From Candidatus Multivoradales bacterium (GTDB lineage: Bacteria > Acidobacteriota > Thermoanaerobaculia > Multivoradales > JAHEKO01), in the NCBI GenBank assembly GCA_965223855.1, contig CBDCXM010000009.1:2816001-2880000 (forward strand): a stretch of DNA of 64,000 nucleotides, in the 5' to 3' direction. This document shows positions 21,220 through 31,461 of this stretch, piece by piece. Made by a program: the position numbers and the translations under genes. Position 1 is the stretch's first letter. The number at the start of each line of letters is the position of its first letter. The notes under the pieces are model-generated. The model ran no database searches and was not told where the DNA came from. It was given only the letters and a program-made list of their open reading frames with translations.

Positions 21220-24200
21220 CTATGGACTGCGCCACACGACCCCTGGCCAGAGGAACCATAGCTCGGCGATGGGTCTGGTTTCGAGCCCGAGTGCCTGCTG
21301 GACGGCGTACAGGTAGGCCTCTTCCTGCGCGTGATAGATGCTGGCCCGAGAAGCGATCTCGTCGCCCTCGACGACATCGGTCTTGAAGTCGACGACCGTC
21401 CAGCTGTCGGCCGAGGCGTCGTGCAGAAGCAGATCGATCGAGCCGACAAGGGCGTGGAGCGACTCCTCGAGGCCGTCGCGATCTTCCCGCCCACCCGCGG
21501 CGGCGGGGGACTCGCTCTCGAGGGCGGGTGGCAGCAGGACGGGCACCTCGCGCCCCACGACGGCCGCCCGGCTCTCGATCCAGCGCGGCCACAGATCGCC
21601 TGCCCGGAAGCGATCGACCAGCTCGTCGAAGCGCCGGGTCGCGTCACCGAGCGTCGTTCCTTCGAGCCCTCGGGCGAGATGCTCCCGCTCCTCTCCTCGG
21701 AGCCGTTCCAGCTCGTCTTCCGGATCCCGATCGAGGCGCCAATGCTCGAAGAGACGATGAACCGCCGTGCCGACGACCAGGGCCACGTCGCGGTCGCCCC
21801 CGCCCGGAACCGAGTCGGCCGGAACCGAGCCGGCCGCCTCCTCGTCGGCTGCCAGCGCTTCGAGCTTCTCGCCGGCCGCAGCCGAGGCGGCACGCGACCG
21901 CGGGCGGGCGGCGCGCCGGCGCGCGCCCTCGCGCTCGTCCTCGAGTGCGGCTGCGGTGCGCGCCATGGCGTCGAGCTCGGGAAGTTCGATGGACCGACCC
22001 CGGGCCGCCGCCGCGGACGGCTCAGCGGAGAGCAATGCAGGGAATCGCCAGCGAACCCCGTCGTGATCGAGCCAACTGCGATCCTCGACGCGACACCTCT
22101 CGGCGAGCTCGGCCACGAGAGTCGGACTCTCCAGGCGCGCATGGAGCAGGTCGAGCAGACTGCCTGCGTCGTCGGCGTCCACCGGCGATGCTTCTGCGGG
22201 CCAACCCCCGAGCGCCACCAGTCGGTGCCGCGCCCGGGTCATGGCGACGTAGAGCAACCGGACACTCTCCGCCGCCTCGGTGGTCGAGGTGCGAGCCTCG
22301 ACGTCGAGCCACCCGAGGGTTGGAGCACCGAGAAGCGCGTACTCGGGCGCATCCGTAGCTCGCCAGCGACGATCGAACTCCGCATCGCCGAGCTCGCGGC
22401 GCTGCTGGCGCGTACGGGCATGGAGCTGGGGGAGGTAGACGTGGTCGAACTCGAGTCCCTTCGCCTTGTGGATCGAAAGCACCTGGACCGTCTCCTCCCC
22501 CGAGTCCTTGGGAGGAGCCTCCTGCGCGTCGGGCGTTTCCTCGAGAGAGCGTCGCAGGGTGCGGACGATCGCTTGCATGTCGTTGCCGCGCTCGGTCATC
22601 GCCGACTCGAGGCGGCGGAAGAACTTGTCGAGATTGGCGAGCCGGTACTTGCCCTGATAGCGGGCTCCCTCGGAGACCTCGAGGAGGGTGAGCCGCCTGA
22701 GGTTGTCGAGGAAGGTGTCGGCGCTCTCCTCTCGGAACTGGCGCCGCAGTTCGGCCAGTGCCGTGACGGCGGAGTCGAGGGCGACCGGCCAGTCGGCAAG
22801 ACCCTCGAGCCCGGGGAGATCCTCGGGAAGCTCGGCGGCAGCCCCGGCGATCGTCTCTCTGAGCCGCTGGAGCGCAGGCGCGTCCGGGCCGTGCAGATCG
22901 GTGAGATCCCCTGGAAAACCGGAGCGCCACAGCGGCAACCAGGCGGCATCCGGCACACCGACGCTCGCCGAGCGCAGCCAGGCGACGAGAGAGAGATGAT
23001 CGAGCGGATCGACCACCGAGCGGACGAGAGCCGCCGCGTCGATCACCTCGCGGCGGCGGAAGTACTGACGATCGCGAGCGACGAGGAACGGGATGTCGAG
23101 AGCGCGGAGCGCGTCGAGATACGGCTCGACCCGCGTCATCGAGCGAAACAGCAGGGCGATCTCGTTCCAGGGGACGCCGGCTTCATGATGAAGGTCGAGG
23201 ATGTCGCGGGCGATCGCGGTCGCCTCGATCTCGAGCGACTCGTCGACCGAGGACGTCGGGTGGAGGTCGTTGCGGCCGTTCGCCCAACTGACCCAGAACT
23301 CGACCGGCGCCCATCGGGGGGCGTCGAGGCGGCTGCCGTCCTGGTCGGGATCGAGTGGGTGAAACGGCGGCTGCACTCCGGTGCGCTCGACCATCGACGG
23401 GGCGACCGCGGCTTCGACCTCCTGCAGGATCGGGGCGTCGGACCGGAAGTTGCGGGTCAGCGGCAGCCGCCGCACGGCGTCGTCACCGGAGTCGGCGAGC
23501 GCAGCGGTGACGAAACCGTCGTAGATGGCGAGGTCGGCGTCCCGCCAGCCGTAGATCGACTGTTTCGGGTCGCCGACGAGGAAGAGGCCGGGGCGAGTCT
23601 CCGCCGGGGCGGCGAGGGCGAGCAGCCGGACGATCTCGCACTGCAGTGGGTCGGTGTCCTGGAACTCGTCCACCAGCAGCTGCCGGATCCGCCGCTGCTC
23701 CCTTCGCAGCAGAGCTTTGTGGGAAGACAGCAGCGCGGCCGCGTGGCGGAGCAGGTCGGCGAAGGTGGCCACACCTCGGGAGGCGGCGAGCCGCTCGCAC
23801 TCGGCCAGCATCGGTCCCAGCGCCCGTCGCGCGAGGTCGAGCCTCGCCGGATCGAGACGGCCGGCATGCGTGAGCAGTCCTCGGAGCTCGCCGATCGCGG
23901 CGGGGAACTCCGGAACCTCGCCGAGTTCGGCCGTTTCCGCCTGGGTCAGCGTGCCGCGACGCCAGGACCTGAGCTTCGAGAAGTGCGGTGCCCAGATCCG
24001 TTCGAGCGCCCGAGCGAGTTCGGTGAGCCCCGCAGCTGTCGCCTCGGCGGCCGCGACCACCGGCAGGCTCTCGTCGAGGGCGGCGGCGATCTCCGGCGCC
24101 TTGCCGCTCCTGACCTGGCGCATCGCGTGCGAGGCCATGTCGTGAACCCGCCGCAAGGCGCCGCCGAGTCGGTCCGTGAACGACTCGATGCGTGGTGGGG

Positions 24201-24906
24201 ACAGCGGGTCGGCTTCGAGCGCTCCCGACTCGACTCCCTCGGAACGCAGAGTCAGGAGCACGGCGGCAAGAGTCTCGGGGCCGACCGCCCGCTCCGAAAG
24301 GAGCGCGAGCGGATTGCCGCGTGGCCGCGCGTAGGCGCCGCGCAGCGCGCGGTCGACGACCTCGTGAACGATTTCTTCCGTCAGACGCAGATCGGCATCG
24401 ACTCGCAGCTCCGGGTGGAGCCCGGCCTCGAGCGGTGCGGCCGCCAGCAGTCCTCGGCAGAAGGCGTGAATCGTCTCGACGGTGAGGTGATCGAGGGCCC
24501 CCAGCAGGTGATGGGCTCGTTCCTGAAGCGCACCGTTCGCCTCCGCGGAGAGGAGTCGCGGGTCGAAACCGACCGGGGGATCGGACGGATCGGCGGCCAG
24601 TCGTGCATAGGCCGAGGCGACTCGGCTCGCCATCTCCGCCGCGCCCGCCTCGGTAAAGGTGATGGCGACGATTCCGTCGAGTACGTCGGCGGCGATCCGT
24701 TCCGGCCTCGCATCGGCATCGGCCTGGTGAGCGGCGTCCCAACCGCGGTCGAGCGACCAGGCGAGGATGCGGGCGACGAGGGTGGTGGTCTTCCCGGTGC
24801 CGGCACCCGCTTCGAGCACCAGCGTCCCGTCGAACTGCGTCTGGGCCGCCTCGCGGCCGGCTGCGTCGGCGCCGGAAGAGAGGCGGGCAGTCGTCGACCT
24901 CGTCAC
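21220..24906 (-). CDS. addA: AddA/RecB-like UvrD helicase with C-terminal PD-(D/E)XK nuclease
   Basis: 'EAGAGTGKT','ITFTEAGA.EM','VDEFQDTD','VGDPKQSIY','NFRS','SIHKAKGLEF','LYVAMTRAR', nuclease 'GSIDLL..VDFKTD'; GTG 24906 overlaps the addB stop. Confidence 0.9.
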   Translation of the reverse strand: MTRSTTARLSSGADAAGREAAQTQFDGTLVLEAGAGTGKTTTLVARILAWSLDRGWDAAHQADADARPERIAADVLDGIVAITFTEAGAAEMASRVASAYARLAADPSDPPVGFDPRLLSAEANGALQERAHHLLGALDHLTVETIHAFCRGLLAAAPLEAGLHPELRVDADLRLTEEIVHEVVDRALRGAYARPRGNPLALLSERAVGPETLAAVLLTLRSEGVESGALEADPLSPPRIESFTDRLGGALRRVHDMASHAMRQVRSGKAPEIAAALDESLPVVAAAEATAAGLTELARALERIWAPHFSKLRSWRRGTLTQAETAELGEVPEFPAAIGELRGLLTHAGRLDPARLDLARRALGPMLAECERLAASRGVATFADLLRHAAALLSSHKALLRREQRRIRQLLVDEFQDTDPLQCEIVRLLALAAPAETRPGLFLVGDPKQSIYGWRDADLAIYDGFVTAALADSGDDAVRRLPLTRNFRSDAPILQEVEAAVAPSMVERTGVQPPFHPLDPDQDGSRLDAPRWAPVEFWVSWANGRNDLHPTSSVDESLEIEATAIARDILDLHHEAGVPWNEIALLFRSMTRVEPYLDALRALDIPFLVARDRQYFRRREVIDAAALVRSVVDPLDHLSLVAWLRSASVGVPDAAWLPLWRSGFPGDLTDLHGPDAPALQRLRETIAGAAAELPEDLPGLEGLADWPVALDSAVTALAELRRQFREESADTFLDNLRRLTLLEVSEGARYQGKYRLANLDKFFRRLESAMTERGNDMQAIVRTLRRSLEETPDAQEAPPKDSGEETVQVLSIHKAKGLEFDHVYLPQLHARTRQQRRELGDAEFDRRWRATDAPEYALLGAPTLGWLDVEARTSTTEAAESVRLLYVAMTRARHRLVALGGWPAEASPVDADDAGSLLDLLHARLESPTLVAELAERCRVEDRSWLDHDGVRWRFPALLSAEPSAAAARGRSIELPELDAMARTAAALEDEREGARRRAARPRSRAASAAAGEKLEALAADEEAAGSVPADSVPGGGDRDVALVVGTAVHRLFEHWRLDRDPEDELERLRGEEREHLARGLEGTTLGDATRRFDELVDRFRAGDLWPRWIESRAAVVGREVPVLLPPALESESPAAAGGREDRDGLEESLHALVGSIDLLLHDASADSWTVVDFKTDVVEGDEIASRASIYHAQEEAYLYAVQQALGLETRPIAELWFLWPGVVWRSP

Positions 24907-27900
24907 GATCCGAGCCGCCAGGACAGCGCGAACGCCGCTTCGAGAGGGGAGAGCGTCGTGACCTGACGAGCGCCGTCGCGCGCCCCCATCCACTCCTTCA
25001 AGCGGCGTCGGGATCCGGAATCACCTCGCAGGCAGGCGTCCCGGACTTCGCATACCCGGCAGCGGAACGGTTCCCGTTCGCCATCGGGCTCCACCATTCG
25101 AGGGTAGAAGGCGCCGAAGTCCCAGGTGGCGAGGCCGGCGGCGACGGCGGCGCCGAAGGCCACTTCGATCTCGTCGTCGTCCCCATCCACCGAGACCTCC
25201 CTCACCGAGCGACCGCCCGCGATCTCCGGATGGAGGAACAGGTAGCGCCCGCGATCGCTCGGCTCACCGCCGGCGAGCGCGTAGGCCGGAGCCTGCAGGC
25301 GATCGCCGCGCCGCACGCCGTCGAGAAGGGCCTTTCGACGACCGGCGGCGGTCTTCGCCTCGGAGACCGGCCGTCGGCCGGTCTTGAGATCGGTGGCGAC
25401 GAAGGAGCGGCCGTGCAGGTCGAGCCGATCCGCCCTGAAGTGCAGCCGTCTGGCCCTGCCGGCGTAGTCCTCGACCTCGAGGACCCCCTCGAGCTCGGCG
25501 CCGAGGACGTGAGGGGGCTCCCTGCCCTCGAGCTCCCTGGCGTGCTCCAGATGGGCTGCGGCGGCACGGGCCAGCAGCTCGGGGAACCCGCGAACCGTGA
25601 GGCCCTCCGCGCGGCACAGCCGCCGCGCGGCTGCGACCACCATCTTCTCCAGATCCCGCTCTTCGGGCCAGGGGATCGGCACCGGCAAACGCGCCCGCGC
25701 CAGCTCGAAGCTCCTGACCTCCTCGCCCAGGCCCCGATGGACGATCTCTTCGGCCACCTGGTGGACCAGAGAGCCGAGCAGCCGCGGCGTGACACCGGGC
25801 AGTGTCGAGAGAGGATCCGGCACCGGGCGCAGCCGCAGAAGCCGCTCCAGGAAGGCCTGCCACGGGCAGCCGGTGAGCCGCTCGAGCGTCGTGATCCAGA
25901 GCTTCTGAAGCCGGCGGGGGTCGTCCTCGGTCGCCCTGCCGACGAGTCCCAGATAGGGCCCTAGATCGCGGCGTGCCGCCCTCCCTGCCTCGGTCGAGAG
26001 ATCGGGGTCCAGGGCGTCGAGAACCTGGACGCGCGCCCGCGCCAGGGCTTCGCGATGGTCGAGATCTTCGGGCAGCAGGCGGCCGAGTGCGTCCCGCAAG
26101 GTCGAGCGGTCACGGCGAATCGCCGTCGCCACCAGCACCTCGTCGGCCGACCGCGGCATCGGATCCGTGCGGGCGAGGGGAGCGCGCGCCAGCGGGGGGC
26201 GTTCCCAGTCGGTATCGTCGCGGCTCCAGCGCAATCGCTCCAGCAGGGGCGAAGGGGCCACGGGGGCCTGATCGTCGTCCGTGTCCTGCCACGAGAGCGT
26301 GACGTGCGGGGCGGAAGCGAGGAGCTGGTCGAAGAGGAAGCGCTCCTCGTCGTGGCCGAGCCGCTTCGGCAGCAGGTCAGGGAGCACCGAATGCCCGAGC
26401 CGTCCGAGAAGGTGCCGCAGCGGATCCGGCAGCAGAGGGTCCTCGCGGACCACGCGGGGGAAGGTGCCGCGGTTGAGACCGATCAGGAAGAGGTGCTCGC
26501 TGGTACGCCCTCGTGCCTCGGTGACGTCGAGAACCTGGATCCCACCGCCACGTCCCCCGAGGGGCACTCGGCCCGAGTCGAGCAACGGGACCGCCAGCAG
26601 CTCGACGAACTCGTCCAGCGTGACGGTGCCGCCGTCGAGCGCCTCGAGCGCGTGCAGGGTCGAAGGGGGCGGAAGGTCTTCTTCCCTCCAATCGAGCGAG
26701 CCCAGCAGGGCCTCGAGGTGCGCGAGATGCTCCGGGACCGTCGTCGCCGACTCCCAGGTGGTGAACCGTTCGACCAGATCGCGGCCGAGCTCGGCTGCGG
26801 CGCGCAGAGTCGCTGCCGGTACCCTCCGCCTTCTCAGGCGGCCGGAACTCTGATCGGCGGACTCGAAGCCGAGGCGGGTGTCGAGGGGCAGATCGTGCGC
26901 CAGCCGGGCTTCGTCCTGAGCGAGCGCCTCGACGTCCTCCAGCCGCGCGATGCCGAGGGCGGCGAGAGCGGTTCTGACCTCGGAGATCGGCCGTCCACCT
27001 ACGGTCGCCGGCAACGAGTCGAGCCATCGTTCGACCGGCACCCGGGAGCGGCGTCGAAGCAGGTCGACGAGGGCGTCCCGACGACGCCCTCCAGCGGTAC
27101 GCGCCGCTCGTGTCGCGTACCCGGAGTAGGGGAGTGCCAGAGCTCTGAACTGCTGTCGCAACGCCCGCTCGTACGGCTGTAACCGTCGGGCGACGACAGA
27201 GATCGTCTCGGGCTGCGCCCCTGCGTCCAGGAGCTGGCGGATTCGCAACGCCACCTCCCGCAGCTCACCGTCGCTGCCGAGAGCGCGGAAGATCTCGAGC
27301 CGTGGTGCATCGGTGCGTGATTCGTCGATCGTTGTCGTGAGATCGCCGAAGCGCTCGCGGAAGTGACGGGTGAACGGGTTGTCGGGAGTTCGATCAGGAT
27401 CGGCGCCCGCGCCCGTGACGGCAGCATCCTGTGCCGCGGCAGCGAGGACCGGATCCGGCGGACGATCGAGGTAGATTCGGCCGCCGCACCTAGCCAGCAG
27501 AGCGCGAAGAAAGTCGATCGCCACGCCGCTCGCGTCGGCGAAACCGTAGACCCAGCAGCTCGATCGGGCGACGAGCGGCGCTTCCGCGAAGAGCGTCTCG
27601 GTCGCACGTTGCAGCACCGTGGAGCGGCGCCCGGTCGACGTGGCCTCGAGTGCGGCATGAGCGGCACCCGCGACCGCCAGCAGGGACCGGGCACGCTCCA
27701 GCTCGCGTTTCGACGCCAGCGTGCCTCCCTCGGCATCGAGGGCCTCCATTGCCGCCTCGCCGAGGGCGGGCTCGAAGCCGGCATCGAGAAGGTCCCGGAC
27801 GCCGGAGAGAAGGGCCGAGTAGCCGTCCTGGAGGTGCTGCAGCTCGCGGCGAAGAACCCGGTCGGCTTCGGCCGCCCGGCGCACCAGCAGCGGGAACAGG

Positions 27901-28223
27901 TCGCGCCCCGCAAGAGCCCTGCCGGCGGCGTCGTCGACCGCCTCGAGGGCGGCACCGAAAAGTGTCGTGATCCGCACTCCGATGACGGCGCCCCTGAGGG
28001 CGACGATCCTCGCGTGAAGGTGATCGCGCAGCGCCTGTGAGGGCACGACGATGAGCAGCGCTCGGTAGTCCGGGTCGCCCGGCTGCGGTCGCGCCGCGAG
28101 GTCGGACAGCAGCCTGTGCTCGGCTGCAAGAGGGCCGGCGGTGAGAACGAGCCTGCGTTCGCTGCCCGAGGTCGAGCCGGGACCGGGGCTCGGTGTCGGT
28201 CCGGAGTCCGGGTCGCGCGTCAC
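24903..28223 (-). CDS. addB: AddB-like helicase-fold/PD-(D/E)XK nuclease subunit with Fe-S 'iron staple' cysteines
   Basis: Directly upstream of addA; 'TTLERLTGCPWQAFLERLL', 'RADRLD..DLKTG', 'LQAPAYA', 'CRVCEVRDAC'; start uncertain. Confidence 0.83.
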   Translation of the reverse strand: MTRDPDSGPTPSPGPGSTSGSERRLVLTAGPLAAEHRLLSDLAARPQPGDPDYRALLIVVPSQALRDHLHARIVALRGAVIGVRITTLFGAALEAVDDAAGRALAGRDLFPLLVRRAAEADRVLRRELQHLQDGYSALLSGVRDLLDAGFEPALGEAAMEALDAEGGTLASKRELERARSLLAVAGAAHAALEATSTGRRSTVLQRATETLFAEAPLVARSSCWVYGFADASGVAIDFLRALLARCGGRIYLDRPPDPVLAAAAQDAAVTGAGADPDRTPDNPFTRHFRERFGDLTTTIDESRTDAPRLEIFRALGSDGELREVALRIRQLLDAGAQPETISVVARRLQPYERALRQQFRALALPYSGYATRAARTAGGRRRDALVDLLRRRSRVPVERWLDSLPATVGGRPISEVRTALAALGIARLEDVEALAQDEARLAHDLPLDTRLGFESADQSSGRLRRRRVPAATLRAAAELGRDLVERFTTWESATTVPEHLAHLEALLGSLDWREEDLPPPSTLHALEALDGGTVTLDEFVELLAVPLLDSGRVPLGGRGGGIQVLDVTEARGRTSEHLFLIGLNRGTFPRVVREDPLLPDPLRHLLGRLGHSVLPDLLPKRLGHDEERFLFDQLLASAPHVTLSWQDTDDDQAPVAPSPLLERLRWSRDDTDWERPPLARAPLARTDPMPRSADEVLVATAIRRDRSTLRDALGRLLPEDLDHREALARARVQVLDALDPDLSTEAGRAARRDLGPYLGLVGRATEDDPRRLQKLWITTLERLTGCPWQAFLERLLRLRPVPDPLSTLPGVTPRLLGSLVHQVAEEIVHRGLGEEVRSFELARARLPVPIPWPEERDLEKMVVAAARRLCRAEGLTVRGFPELLARAAAAHLEHARELEGREPPHVLGAELEGVLEVEDYAGRARRLHFRADRLDLHGRSFVATDLKTGRRPVSEAKTAAGRRKALLDGVRRGDRLQAPAYALAGGEPSDRGRYLFLHPEIAGGRSVREVSVDGDDDEIEVAFGAAVAAGLATWDFGAFYPRMVEPDGEREPFRCRVCEVRDACLRGDSGSRRRLKEWMGARDGARQVTTLSPLEAAFALSWRLGS

Positions 28224-28296
28224 CGTCCGATGGCAGCATGCCCCCCTCCCCGCTGTCAACCATGCGGCGACCGCGTGGGATACTCCCGCCTCGGGC

Positions 28297-28971
28297 ATGC
28301 AGATCACCGAACCGACGACGCTCCTCACCGACTACCTGCTCGCTGCGGTAGGCATCTTCTTCGCCGCCAGGCTCGGGCGAGCGTTGAAGGGCAGTCTCGC
28401 TCGGTCGGCCGGGAGCGACTCGGCGGCGGATCCTCGGTCGGTGACGATCTGGTGGCGGCGGGCGCTTCTCGGCATGAGTGCCGGCGCCCTGCTGGGAGGA
28501 ACGTTTCACGGCTTCACGCTGCTGTTGCCCCAGTGGGCCCTGACCGCTCTGTGGAAGGGGACGATGCTCTCCATCGGCGCCGCCAGCGCGGCGCTTCTCC
28601 TCGCCTCGGTGGCGGCCTTCGGCATGCGCCCCTCCGCGCGCGGCTGGGTCTGGCTGGCCGGCGTCAAGTGGGTACTCTTCGCCGCCTGGGTGCTGTTCGT
28701 CGATGACCGGTTCCTCGTCGCCATCCTCGACTACGGCAGCGTGATGATCGCCAGTGTCGCGATTCACGGGGTGGCCGTGCTCTCGTCTCGTCGCTGGGCA
28801 CGGTGGATCCTGGCCGGTCTGGCGACCTCCCTGCTCGCCTCCGTCGTGCAGCAGTTCGGTCCGAGTCTCCACCGGCACTTCAACCACAACGACCTCTACC
28901 ACCTGATTCAGATGGTGGCGTTGTGGCTGCTCTATCGGGGTGCGTTGGCGGCTGTCGACTCCGACGGCTGA
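28297..28971 (+). CDS. Integral membrane protein (DUF6962-like, ~7 TM)
   Basis: 'EPTTLLTDYLLA', 'GGTFHGF', 'FNHNDLYHLIQM' His-containing conserved motifs. Confidence 0.75.
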   Translation: MQITEPTTLLTDYLLAAVGIFFAARLGRALKGSLARSAGSDSAADPRSVTIWWRRALLGMSAGALLGGTFHGFTLLLPQWALTALWKGTMLSIGAASAALLLASVAAFGMRPSARGWVWLAGVKWVLFAAWVLFVDDRFLVAILDYGSVMIASVAIHGVAVLSSRRWARWILAGLATSLLASVVQQFGPSLHRHFNHNDLYHLIQMVALWLLYRGALAAVDSDG

Positions 28972-29504
28972 ACCTCCAGGGAAGAGGACGCGGGAAGAGC
29001 CTTGCCGGCGGCGCGTTGGGCAGGCGGTTGGCCGGGAGGGGGTGCGGAATCGGTTCATGAAGGCTCAGGCCAAGGAGGGCCGTGGCGGCTTTGCCCTGGG
29101 GCATCGCGAGGGGCGCCGGGTAGGGCGAAGTGATGGGGCGGTCGGTCGTCAATCCGCCCCTTCAGCCGGCGCAGCAGGCGCGGAGGAAACTCGCCGGCGG
29201 GAGGCGTGTGCTGCAGTCCGGGCGCGCGGAGACCCGGAAGTGCGCTACCGGTAGGGTCCTGTGCAGTCGCAGGCAACCTAGGTTCACGCTGCCTGCCTGG
29301 ACGAGCGTCGATGGCTCGCGCGAAGGACGGCCCTGAGAATCGACCTCGGAGCGGAGTCGCGGGGGAGCCGCGACGGTCGGCACTCGAGCGCCGACTCGTC
29401 GCCTTCGAGGTCTCCTGGAGACCGTCCGCAGGAGTCCTTCGACCTTCGAGCGCGGCGGTGGCGCCGCTGACCGGAGGCGGAGTCGCTGCCGTGGTTGTTG
29501 TCGC

Positions 29505-29532
29505 TACAATGCCGACTCGGCCTGAGGCCGAG
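29505..29532 (+). promoter_or_regulatory. -10 box TACAAT followed by a hairpin (CTCGGCC-TGA-GGCCGAG) overlapping the SD of the ABC exporter operon
   Basis: TACAAT 29505-29510; stem 29516-29522/29526-29532; SD GAGGGGA then GTG 29545. Confidence 0.4.
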
Positions 29533-29544
29533 GGGAGACGACGC

Positions 29545-30768
29545 GTGGCCGACCAGAGACTCGACAAGTTGAAGATCGATCGAGGTGCGCCGCCGAGCGA
29601 GAGCGGGCTGGACCGACGGTGGATCGCCGTGTCCGTCGGCGCCCTGCTGGTGATGGTCGCGGCGATCTGGTGGTGGACCCGGCCCGAAGTACCGACCGTC
29701 CGCACCGCGCCGGCGCGCGAGGTGAGCGCCGGTGGAGGGGGGCGCGGGGCGACGATCCTCAACGCCTCCGGCTACGTCACCGCCCGGCTGCAGGCGACGG
29801 TGTCGTCGAAGGTCACGGCGCGGGTGGTCGAGGTGCTGATCGAGGAGGGGATGGAGGTCGCCGAGGGGCAGCTGATGGCGCGCCTCGACGACTCGAACAC
29901 GCGGGTCGGTCTGCGGCTGGCGCGGGCGCAGGAAACGGCCGCGCGCGCACAGCTCCAGGAGACCCGTGTCCGACTCGCCGAGGCCGACCTCGAACTCGGC
30001 AGGGTCAGAGAGCTGGTTGCGGCTCAGATCGGCTCCACGGCCGATCTCGATGCGGCCGCCGCGGCCCGTGATTCGCTGGCGGCGCGGCTCGAGCAGCAAC
30101 GCGAGCAGGCGGAGGTGGCGCGGCGCCAGGTGGGTGTCTGGGAGCAGGAGCTCGCCGATACCGAAATCCGCGCTCCCTTTGCCGGCGTCGTGGTGTCGAA
30201 GAACGCGCAGCCGGGAGAGATGATCTCGCCCGCGGCGGCGGGCGGCGGCTTTACCCGCACCGGGATCGGCACGGTGGTCGACATGGCCTCGCTCGAAATC
30301 GAGGTCGACGTCAACGAGAGCTATATCAACCGGGTCTATCCCGGTCAGGTGGTCGAGGCGACGCTCGACGCCTACAGCGACTGGCAGATCCCCGCGCGGG
30401 TGATCGCCATCGTCCCGACCGCCGACCGCCAGCGTGCCACGGTCAAGGTGCGAATCGGCTTCGACGAACTCGACCCGCGCATCCTCCCTGACATGGGAGT
30501 GAAGGTCGCGTTCCGTGAGGCCGAGACAGGGGGCGACGAGCAGAGGACTTCGATCGTCGTTCCTCGGGCAGCCGTCTCGCGCGACGGAGGGCGTGAGGTG
30601 GTGTGGCTGGTGAAGGACGGCTTCGTCGAAAGGCGAGCCGTCGCGGTAGGCGGGGACTCGCCCGACGGAACGCTGGTGCTCTCCGGGGTCGGCCCGGGAG
30701 ACCAGGTCGTGGTCGAGAGTTCACTGCCGCTCGAGGATGGACAGAAGGTTCGGGAGGAGTCGCCATGA
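29545..30768 (+). CDS. Membrane fusion (periplasmic adaptor) subunit of a MacAB-type ABC exporter
   Basis: TM then 'LNASGYVTA....VSSKV', 'IRAPFAGVV..K..QPGE', 'EVDVNE', 'PTADRQRATV.V','PDMGVKV.F'. Confidence 0.9.
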   Translation: MADQRLDKLKIDRGAPPSESGLDRRWIAVSVGALLVMVAAIWWWTRPEVPTVRTAPAREVSAGGGGRGATILNASGYVTARLQATVSSKVTARVVEVLIEEGMEVAEGQLMARLDDSNTRVGLRLARAQETAARAQLQETRVRLAEADLELGRVRELVAAQIGSTADLDAAAAARDSLAARLEQQREQAEVARRQVGVWEQELADTEIRAPFAGVVVSKNAQPGEMISPAAAGGGFTRTGIGTVVDMASLEIEVDVNESYINRVYPGQVVEATLDAYSDWQIPARVIAIVPTADRQRATVKVRIGFDELDPRILPDMGVKVAFREAETGGDEQRTSIVVPRAAVSRDGGREVVWLVKDGFVERRAVAVGGDSPDGTLVLSGVGPGDQVVVESSLPLEDGQKVREESP

Positions 30769-31461
30769 GTGCTCTGGTCGAGGTCGCAGGAGTCGACAAG
30801 TCGTTTCCGCCGCGGTGCGGAGGTGATCCAGGTTCTCGAGAAGCTCGATCTTGCGGTCGGAGAGGGGGAGTTCCTCGCCCTCATGGGGCCGTCGGGATCG
30901 GGCAAGTCGACGCTGCTCAACCTGATCGGCGGGTTGGACCGGCCGACCTCGGGAACGGTGACGGTGGGTGGCGCTCGGATCGACGCTCTGAGCGATCGCA
31001 AGCTCGCCGGCTGGCGCTCGCGGCATGTCGGTTTCGTCTTCCAGTTCTACAACCTGATGCCGATGCTCTCCGCCGCGCGCAACGTCGAGTTGCCGCTCCT
31101 GCTGGCGCCGCTGTCGAAGAGGGAACGACGCGAGCAGGTGGCGACGGCACTCGACATCGTCGGTCTGTCCCACCGGACCGGCCACTATCCGCGTCAGCTC
31201 TCCGGCGGCGAACAGCAGCGTGTCGGGATCGCGCGGGCGATCGCCACCGACCCGACCCTGATCCTCGCGGATGAGCCGACGGGCGACCTCGATCGCGAGT
31301 CGGGAGACGAGGTGCTCGAGATCCTGAAGGCGCTGTCGGGCGAGCAGGGCAAGACGATCGTCATGGTGACGCACGACCCGCTCGCGGCTCAGCGGGCCGA
31401 TCGCACCCTCCATCTGGACAAGGGGCGGCTCGTCGAGAGGGCGCAGCAGGGGGTGGCATGA
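30765..31461 (+). CDS. ABC exporter ATP-binding subunit (LolD/MacB-type); +1 frameshift near codon 14
   Basis: 'GPSGSGKST','[13 protein letters not shown]','ILADEPTG','VTHD'; ATG 30765 ([14 protein letters not shown]) joins the main frame only if one base is removed at about 30804-30808. Confidence 0.88.

Noticed and set aside
20400-22142. 580-aa ORF as listed
   Set aside because: The N-terminal 327 aa overlap addA; the real gene begins at ATG 21161 with SD and signal peptide.
21220-28223. Novel helicase-nuclease anti-phage defence system
   Set aside because: Gene order, motif set and Fe-S staple match ordinary AddAB recombination repair.
29178-29230. RNase P RNA (GGAGGAAAC resembles GAGGAAAGUCC)
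   Set aside because: The match is imperfect and I could not find the 3' conserved ACAGAA.CCGGCUUA element.
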